A DNA stretch of 64,000 bases from an uncultured virus (IMG/VR IMGVR_UViG_3300027971_000053) (IMGVR_UViG_3300027971_000053), one strand, 5' to 3'; positions 53,752-62,382 are shown, counted from the stretch's first letter. The notes: a model not told the origin generated them from the sequence alone. Made by a program: numbers and translations.

Positions 53752-54150
53752 TTAGTTAATGCCTAGTTGTTTGAATAAATCATCAAGGTCATCCATCTTC
53801 TCGGTGCGTGTGATGAGTACAAAGCGCTTGTCATCTGATGCACCTACCTTATGACATTGCTTACCCCACAACACAGTAGCCGTTGATGACGCTGAACCAT
53901 ACACAGTTTCTAAATCGTATGGTGATACCGGTATGCGTGCCGTCTGATTAACCGCTATGTGATCAAGGTAAGGCTTGATGTGCTTACGAATGACGCCGTA
54001 CGGATACTTCGCTGGTCTGCGTTTGGATTTGGAAACGACTTCCAACTCGCCGTACTTCTTAAGATCAACGTCGATGATGGCATACTTAGCGCCGATTGCG
54101 TTTAACAATTTAACTGCGTTGGTCAATGCTTTTGTATGAACAGTATTCAT
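53752..54150 (-). CDS. Hypothetical protein
   Basis: 132 aa; AAGGAG RBS. Confidence 0.6.
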   Translation of the reverse strand: MNTVHTKALTNAVKLLNAIGAKYAIIDVDLKKYGELEVVSKSKRRPAKYPYGVIRKHIKPYLDHIAVNQTARIPVSPYDLETVYGSASSTATVLWGKQCHKVGASDDKRFVLITRTEKMDDLDDLFKQLGIN

Positions 54151-54164
54151 AGTTGTAGTGCTCC

Positions 54165-55355
54165 TTAGTTTGAGTAGATACGAACTGCTTTGCCTTGCGG
54201 TGGTTTGAAGTGGTCGTTGTCAACTACGCCCCATAATGCAGGCACATCGACGCACGCATTGCTACCATCTAAATACCCATCGGTTAACCACACAACACCT
54301 TTGGGTTTGTACTTCTTGTCACGAATGTATTGCACAACGCACTCAGGGGAAGTGCCACCGCCACCCTGTGGGGAAAGAAGATGACCGATGTTCACAAACT
54401 GCTCGGGCTTGAACAACTGCTCACCGCACACAGCACTATCCCACCACACGACACGCACAGAGTCAGGTCGTACATTCTCTGCAATGCGGGCGATCTCACC
54501 AAACACAGTAGGCAAGATACCGCCCATAGAGCCTGATGTATCACACGCAACGATGAGCTCACCAGTAGCCTCAGAGAAGTGAGACGGCATGACAATGCCA
54601 AGAGGTAGCAAGCGCTTGTTGGGTGGCGCAAAGCGAGAGTACTCATCACCCTCACATAGTGCAGTAACCCACTCACGCAAGTGCTCACGCCAGTTGGTGT
54701 CACGCTTCTGTGTAGCACGATCGAGTGGGCTATTGCGAGAACCCTGACCAGCTAACTTGTCAGCTAACAACTTACCCTGACGACCGGCATCATCTAGCTG
54801 ACGACCTAGCTCGTTGGCTTCCTTACTGCCTAGCTCAACTGCCTTGTCGAACATATGCGTATCCATAGCACCGCCGTTTTGTTGCTGTTGCTGTTGTGGT
54901 GGGGGGTTACGCAACAAGTCTTGCAACACCTCGATGAAAGACCAACCTTGATACTTGACGTCGATCAATGGCGCAGGATCTACTATGCGCTCGACAAACG
55001 TGAAGTTGGGGTCGATCTCCTCGATGGTTGCATTGACTACATAGTCCATAGCCATGTTGCATAACTGTGGATACTTCTTGGATAGCTCCTTGTAGTTAGT
55101 GCAGTGCATCAACGCCTTGTGCAACGACTCGTGCGCAACAAGATAACGCAACTGCTTGCGGTTAAGACCACCGACAAACGCAGGGTCATACCATACATCA
55201 CGACCATCTGTACCTGCTGTGCCGATGTCCTCAAACTTGACGTCGCCGATATACACATAGCCTGATAGACCAGCGAAGTCCTTGTTGTTGCTGAAGTCAA
55301 CGTGTACTGCAATCACCCGATTGGGTGGGGTTAGTTTGTCCCATGTCTTAGACAT
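54165..55355 (-). CDS. Metallopeptidase-vWA protein (DUF2201-like)
   Basis: TAGTDG, HESLH, DTSGSM MIDAS, GGGT, LTDGY. Confidence 0.85.
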   Translation of the reverse strand: MSKTWDKLTPPNRVIAVHVDFSNNKDFAGLSGYVYIGDVKFEDIGTAGTDGRDVWYDPAFVGGLNRKQLRYLVAHESLHKALMHCTNYKELSKKYPQLCNMAMDYVVNATIEEIDPNFTFVERIVDPAPLIDVKYQGWSFIEVLQDLLRNPPPQQQQQQNGGAMDTHMFDKAVELGSKEANELGRQLDDAGRQGKLLADKLAGQGSRNSPLDRATQKRDTNWREHLREWVTALCEGDEYSRFAPPNKRLLPLGIVMPSHFSEATGELIVACDTSGSMGGILPTVFGEIARIAENVRPDSVRVVWWDSAVCGEQLFKPEQFVNIGHLLSPQGGGGTSPECVVQYIRDKKYKPKGVVWLTDGYLDGSNACVDVPALWGVVDNDHFKPPQGKAVRIYSN

Positions 55356-55366
55356 TTGCTTTCTCC

Positions 55367-56482
55367 TTATTTGGTTGAGAAGTAAATCTTGTTGTCATTC
55401 ATCAATGCTTGGAACGGCTTGACTGTGACGAACAATGCGGCACGAGTAGAGTTAGCAATGTTGTTAGCGAACATAGACTGCAACTCCTTGCGGTTACGCA
55501 TGACGTACTCGGTGCATGCCTCGGCTTCCTCTCGTGTGCTTGTATCCGTAACACACTTGAGCACAGTAATGATCTGCGCCACAGGATTGCTAGGGATAGG
55601 GCAAGTAGATGGTGAGCTAACTATTCTGCTAAACGCAGGCGTCTCGTCACCGAAGCGAATGAACGCACCCAATTCCTCAGCACCAGCACGACCGATCGTA
55701 CCCTCGAGTAGACCCTGCAACGTATCGGTATCCATGAACTCACGCTCTTTGACAATGTCTGACGCAGAGTGTAGTGAGCGAGGTGTGATGTAAGCCTGCT
55801 GAGATAACAACGGATTGAAGATAACGTCATTCTCCTTAGACTGATCACGACCTGCATACTTACCGCCATCTTGATAGTCAAGGAAGCTATCGAACCATTT
55901 CGTGTGTCGCTCGGTGCATGCCAAGATGATAGAGTCGATGCCGTTGTCGATACCCCAGTTGTACCACTCAGGTTGCGTAGGCTTACGCATAGTCAAGAAC
56001 ACAAGACGATTACGCAAGTGCGCCTGTATCGAATCACCCAAGCCCTCGACCGCAAGGTTAGTACCAGCGAACACGACTGAACCCTCAGCCATCTGATAGT
56101 TACCAACGGCACGCTCGTACACAATCGGAGCAAGTACGTCTTTGATGTACTGCTTAGCCTTAGCCAACTCATCGAGGAACACAAGCGATGGGCGAGCACC
56201 ATTGATACCCCTTTGATTAGCCTTGCTGACACCGAAGCGCTCGTTGGGTAGCTCACGAGATACGCCTGCATCACGATCAATGTCAGGCATCCACACAGAA
56301 CCATCAGACATCTGAGTACAGTCGAGCTTGACCGCAACGTGATTGGCGAAGTGTGGGTCACGCTCAAGGGTGTGATAAATACCAGTCTTACCGATACCAT
56401 TCTCACCTTGAACAATGATGGTGCGCTTGTGACCAATCATCTTGATTGCGTTTGCTACTTGTAATGAATTAAGTAATTTCAT
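55367..56482 (-). CDS. MoxR-like AAA+ ATPase
   Basis: GENGIGKT, FLDE, LRNR, TPRS; adjacent to vWA partner. Confidence 0.85.
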   Translation of the reverse strand: MKLLNSLQVANAIKMIGHKRTIIVQGENGIGKTGIYHTLERDPHFANHVAVKLDCTQMSDGSVWMPDIDRDAGVSRELPNERFGVSKANQRGINGARPSLVFLDELAKAKQYIKDVLAPIVYERAVGNYQMAEGSVVFAGTNLAVEGLGDSIQAHLRNRLVFLTMRKPTQPEWYNWGIDNGIDSIILACTERHTKWFDSFLDYQDGGKYAGRDQSKENDVIFNPLLSQQAYITPRSLHSASDIVKEREFMDTDTLQGLLEGTIGRAGAEELGAFIRFGDETPAFSRIVSSPSTCPIPSNPVAQIITVLKCVTDTSTREEAEACTEYVMRNRKELQSMFANNIANSTRAALFVTVKPFQALMNDNKIYFSTK

Positions 56483-56525
56483 GGTGTTTATATCCTCGTT
56501 TGATTAGTACTACTGTTTTTTAGAA

Positions 56526-56553
56526 ATTGTAACATACTACTTTATAGAAACAA
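56526..56553 (-). promoter_or_regulatory. Putative extended -10 promoter for the AAA/vWA operon
   Basis: - strand TTGTTT-N13-TGT-TACAAT. Confidence 0.5.
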
Positions 56554-56560
56554 CAACTAC

Positions 56561-57544
56561 TTAACCTCCTTTCTTGTTGGCACGGGTGTAATAAGTTCTC
56601 GGCAACGTCTTGTCAAACTGTGGCAGGGCTATTGAATCTGTACCCTTGGATAGCCCAGCAAACGACATCAGCCTAGCTACCAATGACTTCTTGAACTCGT
56701 CAGCGGTAATGGCTTGTACTATGTCATCAGCCTTTTCCTGCGCATCGTCAGCCTCGGCAGGGTTGCGTGACCTAGCCCAACCACTCATCTTGTGGAACAG
56801 ATTGCCGCTATGCTCGTTGTACACCTTCTTACTAGCTAGCATGTCGAAGCAATCCTGCGCTACCTCGTCAAAGGTCTGCATAAAAGCCGTTGACTCAAGG
56901 GGTAGGGGTAGGTTAAACAGCGCATCCATCATGGTTGACTGAAGGGCATACCCTAGGCGTGACTCACCAAACGGCTTGCCCATGTTAGACGATAGGTTGA
57001 CACACTCCTTAAGCGTGGGTAGCTTGAACATCTGAAGCGTGACGTAGGCATCGAGTTCTTTCTTGATGTCCTTGCGCTTTTGCTTGTCACCCTCGTTTGA
57101 GGCAAGGCGGTATATATCTGCATGCCATGACTTCTCCGCAATGAGTTGGTGAGAGCTGTTGTAGGTAAGCAAAGCCGAGAAGTCTTTGCCCTGCTCCTTG
57201 TAGTGTGGGTTGAGTGGCAAGCGAACTGCATCGCCTGTGGTAGTGCGTAAGCCAATGCCGTTGTAGTAGCCTGTGAACTTGTACTGTAGTTGTATGTCAT
57301 AAGTACCATACAAGCCAATGACTGCTACCTCGTACTCACCCTGATCATTTGGTTCATACACCCTGACGACATCTACGCCGTTGACCTTGTACACATAGCT
57401 GTGTGCGTCCTTCTGAAGCATGAGGTTGTACTCGGATACCCTGCGTAGGGGTCGTTGGAACTCGTTGTACCGCTTACTGCGTGGTGGCTTCTTGGTCTTG
57501 TTGAATTGATCTTGTGCTGATTGGTAGGTTACTGTTGTGTACAT
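56561..57544 (-). CDS. Hypothetical early protein
   Basis: 327 aa; AAGGAG RBS. Confidence 0.7.
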   Translation of the reverse strand: MYTTVTYQSAQDQFNKTKKPPRSKRYNEFQRPLRRVSEYNLMLQKDAHSYVYKVNGVDVVRVYEPNDQGEYEVAVIGLYGTYDIQLQYKFTGYYNGIGLRTTTGDAVRLPLNPHYKEQGKDFSALLTYNSSHQLIAEKSWHADIYRLASNEGDKQKRKDIKKELDAYVTLQMFKLPTLKECVNLSSNMGKPFGESRLGYALQSTMMDALFNLPLPLESTAFMQTFDEVAQDCFDMLASKKVYNEHSGNLFHKMSGWARSRNPAEADDAQEKADDIVQAITADEFKKSLVARLMSFAGLSKGTDSIALPQFDKTLPRTYYTRANKKGG

Positions 57545-57561
57545 ATTGATTCTCCTTTGGT

Positions 57562-58416
57562 TTACTTGCTGATTGAAATAGTTGCATTGCTTAGGTACGA
57601 GTCAACCGCACCATCGATCTTGTCGCTGACCACATCATCAATGCGATCGCCAACTGCATCACTCACCGCATCATCGAAGTCGAAGTGGTAGCTTGGGTCA
57701 AAGTTATTCTCGAAGTAAGACTCAACCTCACTCTCCACAACTTCTTGCACAGCGTCTTTGGCTAGGTCTTCGATGCCTGCCCCGATCAACTCATGTCGCA
57801 CCAAGTCTTTGAACCAGTCTGCTTGTTGTAGTGTGAGTGATACGCATTCTTGGAGAGAATTCTCTCCAGCCTCGGGTTGGGCTTTAGATTGGCTGATGAC
57901 CGAAGTAAGAAGCTGAAGCTGGGTACAGATGTTGTTGATGATGTCGGCTAGGGTTGGGGTAGCCTGTGGTTCGGGTGCGCCGAGTGTACCCCCGTGTGTG
58001 TACTGAATTGCATCAGGGTTTGGTAGGCGTATGTTGTCTACTATGTCCTGCATTGTTGGTTCGGGTATAGCCCTGTTCTCCACAAGTGAGTGCAATACTT
58101 CCTTGGTTTCTCTCGGCACTTCGGGTGCGTTAAGGTGGTCGAGTAATAGTTCTTTCAATCCGATATTTTCCATCTGCTTAAACTCCTCGTCTTGTTCGTG
58201 GGTTGTAGGTACTGCGTTGTTAAGGTCTTGCATTGTGAATGTGGTCATGCTGTTTCTCCTTGTGGTAATGGTTCGATTGATTTCATCTACTTCGGCGATA
58301 ACCCACTCATCTGTGGGCTCAAAGATTTCCATAGCTATTTCGCAGGCATCTTCGGGACTCTCTGCCTCAACTAACTCAACGGAATAGCTAGCTACTACAA
58401 CTCGGTACTCTTTCAT
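57562..58416 (-). CDS. Acidic hypothetical early protein (second strong start at 58248)
   Basis: 284-aa ORF; internal AAGGAGAAACAGC-ATG; very acidic C-terminus. Confidence 0.65.
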   Translation of the reverse strand: MKEYRVVVASYSVELVEAESPEDACEIAMEIFEPTDEWVIAEVDEINRTITTRRNSMTTFTMQDLNNAVPTTHEQDEEFKQMENIGLKELLLDHLNAPEVPRETKEVLHSLVENRAIPEPTMQDIVDNIRLPNPDAIQYTHGGTLGAPEPQATPTLADIINNICTQLQLLTSVISQSKAQPEAGENSLQECVSLTLQQADWFKDLVRHELIGAGIEDLAKDAVQEVVESEVESYFENNFDPSYHFDFDDAVSDAVGDRIDDVVSDKIDGAVDSYLSNATISISK

Positions 58417-58868
58417 ACGCTTTCTCCTATCGCTTGGTTGAACTGCTCGGATACACCTACTTCTACTTCTTCGCTACTATGCTTACTTCTAATCGTTACA
58501 TACGCACCACCATCTGTGATGGCTATTTCCTGATGTCCTATACCACCCCACCCATTTTCTATATCACAGTCAATACCTAAATGAAACACGATTGATTGCG
58601 CCCCTTGAAGGGACTTGACTAGCCCTCGTGCCATCTTGTACTCCAATATGTAGTCGTCTTTGATCGTGACATCAATCCATACAGGCAGGTCGGTGTACTC
58701 GCTGTTGGTGTACATATCCTCGGTAAACTCGATGGGGTGTGAGCAGTCTTTCTTTAGCTCAGCCCATGCTTGCGCCCAATCTTCTTGCGTATCAGGGTCT
58801 GTTGGTGGTTCGCTAAGCCACTCGTTGTCCCCACTATGTAAGTACATGTATCGTCTGCTGTTACTCAT
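58413..58868 (-). CDS. Acidic hypothetical early protein
   Basis: Start reassigned to MSNSRR after AGGA; ATGA overlap downstream. Confidence 0.6.
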   Translation of the reverse strand: MSNSRRYMYLHSGDNEWLSEPPTDPDTQEDWAQAWAELKKDCSHPIEFTEDMYTNSEYTDLPVWIDVTIKDDYILEYKMARGLVKSLQGAQSIVFHLGIDCDIENGWGGIGHQEIAITDGGAYVTIRSKHSSEEVEVGVSEQFNQAIGESV

Positions 58869-58870
58869 CT

Positions 58871-59005
58871 CTATTTCCTTTCTCCTAGTTCGCATAGTTT
58901 GGCTATGCACCATAACAACCCAGCAAATAACCCAAAGGTAAGACCAACGGATATAAGCCAAGCACCTATCTCCAACAACCAATACGCCCAATCAATTGCT
59001 TCCAT
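58871..59005 (-). CDS. Small membrane protein (44 aa, not in ORF track)
   Basis: MEAIDWAYWLLEIGAWLISVGLTFGLFAGLLWCIAKLCELGERK; GGAG RBS. Confidence 0.55.
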   Translation of the reverse strand: MEAIDWAYWLLEIGAWLISVGLTFGLFAGLLWCIAKLCELGERK

Positions 59006-59249
59006 GACTAAACTCCGAGTAGCCACAGTTCTCAACTAAATGGCGTGCCATATCACTAATGAGGGTTTCAATCTCATCTAGCACTTCGCCACCATACTTA
59101 AACTCCCACTCAGTCAACGCACTACTTACTTCGTTAATGCGTTCCCACTCAGCTACGCTATCGTCTCGTGCTGGTGGTGCGGTAAGGCAATGAATGATGT
59201 TAGGTAAGTCTTCTTCTAATGCGGTTTCATACTCTGTGTAGTAACTCAT
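58992..59249 (-). CDS. Acidic hypothetical early protein
   Basis: 85 aa; GAGGAG RBS. Confidence 0.6.
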   Translation of the reverse strand: MSYYTEYETALEEDLPNIIHCLTAPPARDDSVAEWERINEVSSALTEWEFKYGGEVLDEIETLISDMARHLVENCGYSEFSHGSN

Positions 59250-59611
59250 ACCAACTCCTCCTCTCGTGCTAATACGCCTTCAATAAACCCATTAACAAAG
59301 CTAGGCAAGCCATCATCAACGGGGTCGTGATCTTTTAGGTATAGCTTTGTAGCGTGTGCCTCTAACTCTTGTATGTACTCATCGTCATACACCCAGTCGT
59401 ATGTCTCAACAGGGCGAATGATGTACAGGTAGTTTGTGGTATCAACGCCATCTTTTGCGAACTTGAACTTCATGCGGTCGATCTCCGCTTTCGCTTCTTC
59501 TACATACAGATAGCCATACTTGGCATACACACATTTGCCAGCCAACCCACCATCGAATACATCTACTGTGTACGACTCGCCTTTCGGCACTTGCTTTAGT
59601 CTGCCTCTCAT
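59246..59611 (-). CDS. Hypothetical early protein
   Basis: 121 aa; AAGGAG RBS. Confidence 0.65.
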   Translation of the reverse strand: MRGRLKQVPKGESYTVDVFDGGLAGKCVYAKYGYLYVEEAKAEIDRMKFKFAKDGVDTTNYLYIIRPVETYDWVYDDEYIQELEAHATKLYLKDHDPVDDGLPSFVNGFIEGVLAREEELV

Positions 59612-59671
59612 AATGATTCTCCTTGTCTAATAGATTGTGCTAGTTGTTGGAGAGAATTCTCTCCGTCTCTT

Positions 59672-59779
59672 TTAAAACCACACCCACAACATAAAGGCAC
59701 GAAACATCTGTGCGATAAAGAAAAGTGCAACTAAAGCTAGCACCGCCCATATAAACCGATCTTCGTCCATCCATTTCAT
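59672..59779 (-). CDS. Small membrane peptide (35 aa, not in ORF track)
   Basis: MKWMDEDRFIWAVLALVALFFIAQMFRAFMLWVWF; ATGA overlap. Confidence 0.5.
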   Translation of the reverse strand: MKWMDEDRFIWAVLALVALFFIAQMFRAFMLWVWF

Positions 59780-60417
59780 AATGCACCTACCTTTCTTCGT
59801 TTGATTAACTCGTTGATTTTGATGCTTGGAGAGATTTCTCTCCCGTCCTTTGCTTGCTCAAGCAAGTCTTGTCTTATTCGTTTAGCCTCTGCGTAGTTGT
59901 AGCTATGTTGATCTAGCAAAGCGTGTTGTAGGGGTGTTGCGTCTTCGGGCATTTGATTCTTGTATGAGTAGTAGCGGCTAGCATACGCCGTGACCTGTTT
60001 TTGTAGGTTTGTTTTAAGTTCATCTTGCCACAGGGTTCGCTTCTTCTGCCAATACTCTTTCATTACCTTTGCCCTTTTCTTGGGCAGGGCTTCACGCTTC
60101 TCGGCTATCAGGGCTTCGCCTATCGTGGGGTTCATGTCCCCGCTACTTATTTTATTTCTTATCTCTTTGATGCTTAGCGGTGTTCTGCGTTTGCGTTGGT
60201 TTCTACAGTCTTTGCACAATGAGCTGTACAGCGTGTGCCGTGTGGTTAGGTTCGGTTTGCGTAGCAACGCTTTGCTCTGTGCAAGGGTGAGCACCCGATG
60301 GAAATCTTTTTTGGGTTTGGTTTCACCGCAAGTTTTGCACAGAAGAGTGATGACCGAAGTTGGGAGAGAATTCTCTCCGAGTTGTGTGTTGACGGATTTT
60401 CCCTTGTGCTGGTGCAT
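59776..60417 (-). CDS. Basic Zn-finger-containing early protein
   Basis: AAGGAG RBS before MHQHK; CKTCGETK...CKDC. Confidence 0.65.
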   Translation of the reverse strand: MHQHKGKSVNTQLGENSLPTSVITLLCKTCGETKPKKDFHRVLTLAQSKALLRKPNLTTRHTLYSSLCKDCRNQRKRRTPLSIKEIRNKISSGDMNPTIGEALIAEKREALPKKRAKVMKEYWQKKRTLWQDELKTNLQKQVTAYASRYYSYKNQMPEDATPLQHALLDQHSYNYAEAKRIRQDLLEQAKDGREISPSIKINELIKRRKVGAL

Positions 60418-60434
60418 GATGTTCTCCTTAAAAA

Positions 60435-60735
60435 TCTGCCAATAGTCTACCAATTCACTGCAGGTGGACGCAGTACTAGACGCCACGAGAAGTATACATT
60501 ATAAGGCTTGAGAGATATAGTGACCAAGATATATACGAGTCACAGAGTTTTATTAAAGTAACTAAGTTTTTCAACAAGATTACTCTGTCCACTTTTTTCT
60601 CTCTTATTATTATGTATTCTATTCTCTTTTATATATATATAGGTAGGTTGCCAAGTTGACGCAATCATATTCTATATACCTTTGGGGGTGTCCACTATGT
60701 GTCCACTAGTGCTCAAATGGTAGACTATTGGCAGA
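60435..60735. repeat. 18-bp perfect inverted repeat flanking an AT-rich non-coding core
   Basis: TCTGCCAATAGTCTACCA (60435-60452) / TGGTAGACTATTGGCAGA (60718-60735). Confidence 0.9.
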
Positions 60736-60805
60736 AAAGGGGGTAAAAGGTGTTCTCCACAATAGCTTGCAGAGAACCTATGTGATGGAGAGAATTCTCT
60801 CCGAG

Positions 60806-61021
60806 TCATGCCCACTTAGAGCGAGCCAATGCGACTGTTGTCACAATGAACCAACCATCTTGAAAGCCATCATTAGCACCTAACTTCTTGAGTGCATTGA
60901 GTGCTGTCTTGTAGTGGTCGTGGCATTTCATTGTGCCGTCAGTATCTCGTTGGAATGAACAGATAAGCCCGTCCTCTTTGTAGATAACATGATAGCCCGT
61001 TGGGTTGAGTTTCTTTTTCAT
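60806..61021 (-). CDS. Hypothetical early protein
   Basis: 71 aa; AAGGAG RBS. Confidence 0.6.
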   Translation of the reverse strand: MKKKLNPTGYHVIYKEDGLICSFQRDTDGTMKCHDHYKTALNALKKLGANDGFQDGWFIVTTVALARSKWA

Positions 61022-61025
61022 GGTG

Positions 61026-61184
61026 TTACTCCTTATGTTGTTTGTAAATGGTGATGCTGAACTGATTGAACGCTGACTGCATGGATACTTCTACCTCTAC
61101 TTCTTTGGGTTTTGTGCAGGGTTTCTGCACAACTTGTTGCTTAGCCTGAGCCTTAAGTAAGGCGCATTGTTGCTTGGTTAACAT
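61026..61184 (-). CDS. Hypothetical early protein (52 aa, not in ORF track)
   Basis: MLTKQQCALLKAQAKQQVV...; AAGGAG RBS. Confidence 0.55.
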   Translation of the reverse strand: MLTKQQCALLKAQAKQQVVQKPCTKPKEVEVEVSMQSAFNQFSITIYKQHKE

Positions 61185-61321
61185 GGTGATTCTCCTTTGT
61201 AGTGCTTCTGTAATATGGTTTCGATCTTTAGTACTGTGGTGCGTAGGTGCTTGGCAATGTATTCGGGAGATCGACCCTTGTGATACATCAAGCAGACGAT
61301 AAAGCTAGAGAACATAGTCAT
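61178..61321 (-). CDS. Small HTH-like early protein (47 aa, not in ORF track)
   Basis: MYHKGRSPEYIAKHLRTTVLKIETILQKHY fits an HTH pattern; GAGGAG RBS, ATGA overlap. Confidence 0.55.
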   Translation of the reverse strand: MTMFSSFIVCLMYHKGRSPEYIAKHLRTTVLKIETILQKHYKGESPC

Positions 61322-61542
61322 ACTTGCTCCTCGTATGTTCTGAACCAAAAGGCTAGGCTTTCGTGTGTGCCAGACCTATTATCAGACGGCTCGTTACTAA
61401 ACCGCAGTACATACTGATGGTCGCACTTGTACATATCCGCAGGCTCATACTTTTGAATAGGCACAAACACAGTACCCAAGAACTGACAGGCAGGACAATC
61501 GTGTTCGTACAAAGGTGTTGCTAAGTGTTTCATTGATGACAT
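61318..61542 (-). CDS. Hypothetical early protein with HDCxxC motif
   Basis: YEHDCPACQFLG; AAGGAG RBS. Confidence 0.65.
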   Translation of the reverse strand: MSSMKHLATPLYEHDCPACQFLGTVFVPIQKYEPADMYKCDHQYVLRFSNEPSDNRSGTHESLAFWFRTYEEQV

Positions 61543-61584
61543 GGTGTTTCTCCTTCGTTGGTTGGGAGAGAATTCTCTCCGAGG

Positions 61585-61812
61585 TTAACCCCACACAGAG
61601 ATGTGTGAAGTGAGTTCATACGACAAGCGATCGTGGAGATCGTCCCAATCATATGTGGTGAGCCTGTGCTTTTGATCTCTAGCCAACTCAATGAGTTTGG
61701 CAAGGTCTTGCGGAGACATGGACAATACAACGCTGTTCCGCTTGAACTCTTTGTAGTCAATGGCTATTGGCTTAGCCTTCTTTGGGATTGGTTTTGCTGG
61801 TGCTTTTTGCAT
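61585..61812 (-). CDS. Hypothetical early protein
   Basis: 75 aa; AGGAG RBS. Confidence 0.6.
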   Translation of the reverse strand: MQKAPAKPIPKKAKPIAIDYKEFKRNSVVLSMSPQDLAKLIELARDQKHRLTTYDWDDLHDRLSYELTSHISVWG

Positions 61813-61899
61813 GATTAACTCCTGTGTTGTGGTACTTGTTGGTGGGAAAGGGCAAGACTTGACACGAAACTAAACAGCCTTGAAGCCTCGCCCTCTCGG

Positions 61900-62322
61900 T
61901 TACTTGCGTGAAACACGCTTGAAAAACTTCTCCTGCTGAGCTTTAGTCATTGACTCAACCAAAGCCAAAGCCTGCTCCACAACATCTACCTGAGCTGATA
62001 CTGTTGCTGAGTCCTTCTTAGTCTCAGGGCGAATGATGTGATACCTAAAGTCAGAATAGGCTCTTGAATAGGCGTTGTTGTGCTCCTTGTTGCGTTGTGT
62101 ACGGCTCTTGGAGAGAATTCTCTCCGCAACTTGTTGCGTAACATCTAACTGACCCATCAAGTGTTGCGTGACCCACTCCTTGAGCCTGTCGGCTCGTGTT
62201 GTGCTGTCGGCTTTCTTGTACTCCAAATGCCACACAAGAGATGACTCACGCAACAAGCGGGCTTGAGTGCCTAGACCAAAGGCGAATTGTGAATAAGATA
62301 CAACGATTGAGTTTTGTTTCAT
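61900..62322 (-). CDS. First gene of the leftward (early) operon, hypothetical
   Basis: 140 aa; AAGGAG RBS; contains one palindrome copy. Confidence 0.7.
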   Translation of the reverse strand: MKQNSIVVSYSQFAFGLGTQARLLRESSLVWHLEYKKADSTTRADRLKEWVTQHLMGQLDVTQQVAERILSKSRTQRNKEHNNAYSRAYSDFRYHIIRPETKKDSATVSAQVDVVEQALALVESMTKAQQEKFFKRVSRK

Positions 62323-62344
62323 GGTATTACTCCTTGATTAAGAT

Positions 62345-62376
62345 AAAAAAAATCGGCTGAAAACTTCTCAACCGAT
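62345..62376 (-). terminator. Terminator-like hairpin in the early leader
   Basis: - strand ATCGGTTGA-GAAGTTT-TCAGCCGAT followed by a T-tract. Confidence 0.55.
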
Positions 62377-62382
62377 ACCTCT

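Larger units (their letters stand above)
57852..62125. repeat. Seven dispersed copies of 16-bp palindrome GGAGAGAATTCTCTCC
   Basis: 57852-57867, 59649-59664, 59828-59843 (1 mismatch), 60363-60378, 60787-60802, 61565-61580, 62110-62125. Confidence 0.95.

Noticed and set aside
58413..58991. 192-aa ORF as given in the track
   Set aside because: The 5' extension overlaps a better 44-aa membrane ORF; start moved to 58868
59776..60486. 236-aa ORF start at 60486
   Set aside because: The extension runs into the inverted-repeat element; a strong RBS supports 60417
61906..61918. GCGTGAAACACGC as a parS site
   Set aside because: Matches only half of the canonical parS, is single copy and lies within a coding end
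57852..62125. Palindrome copies as a CRISPR array
   Set aside because: Spacing is 180-1800 bp and irregular, several copies lie within genes, the repeat is only 16 bp, and there is no cas operon
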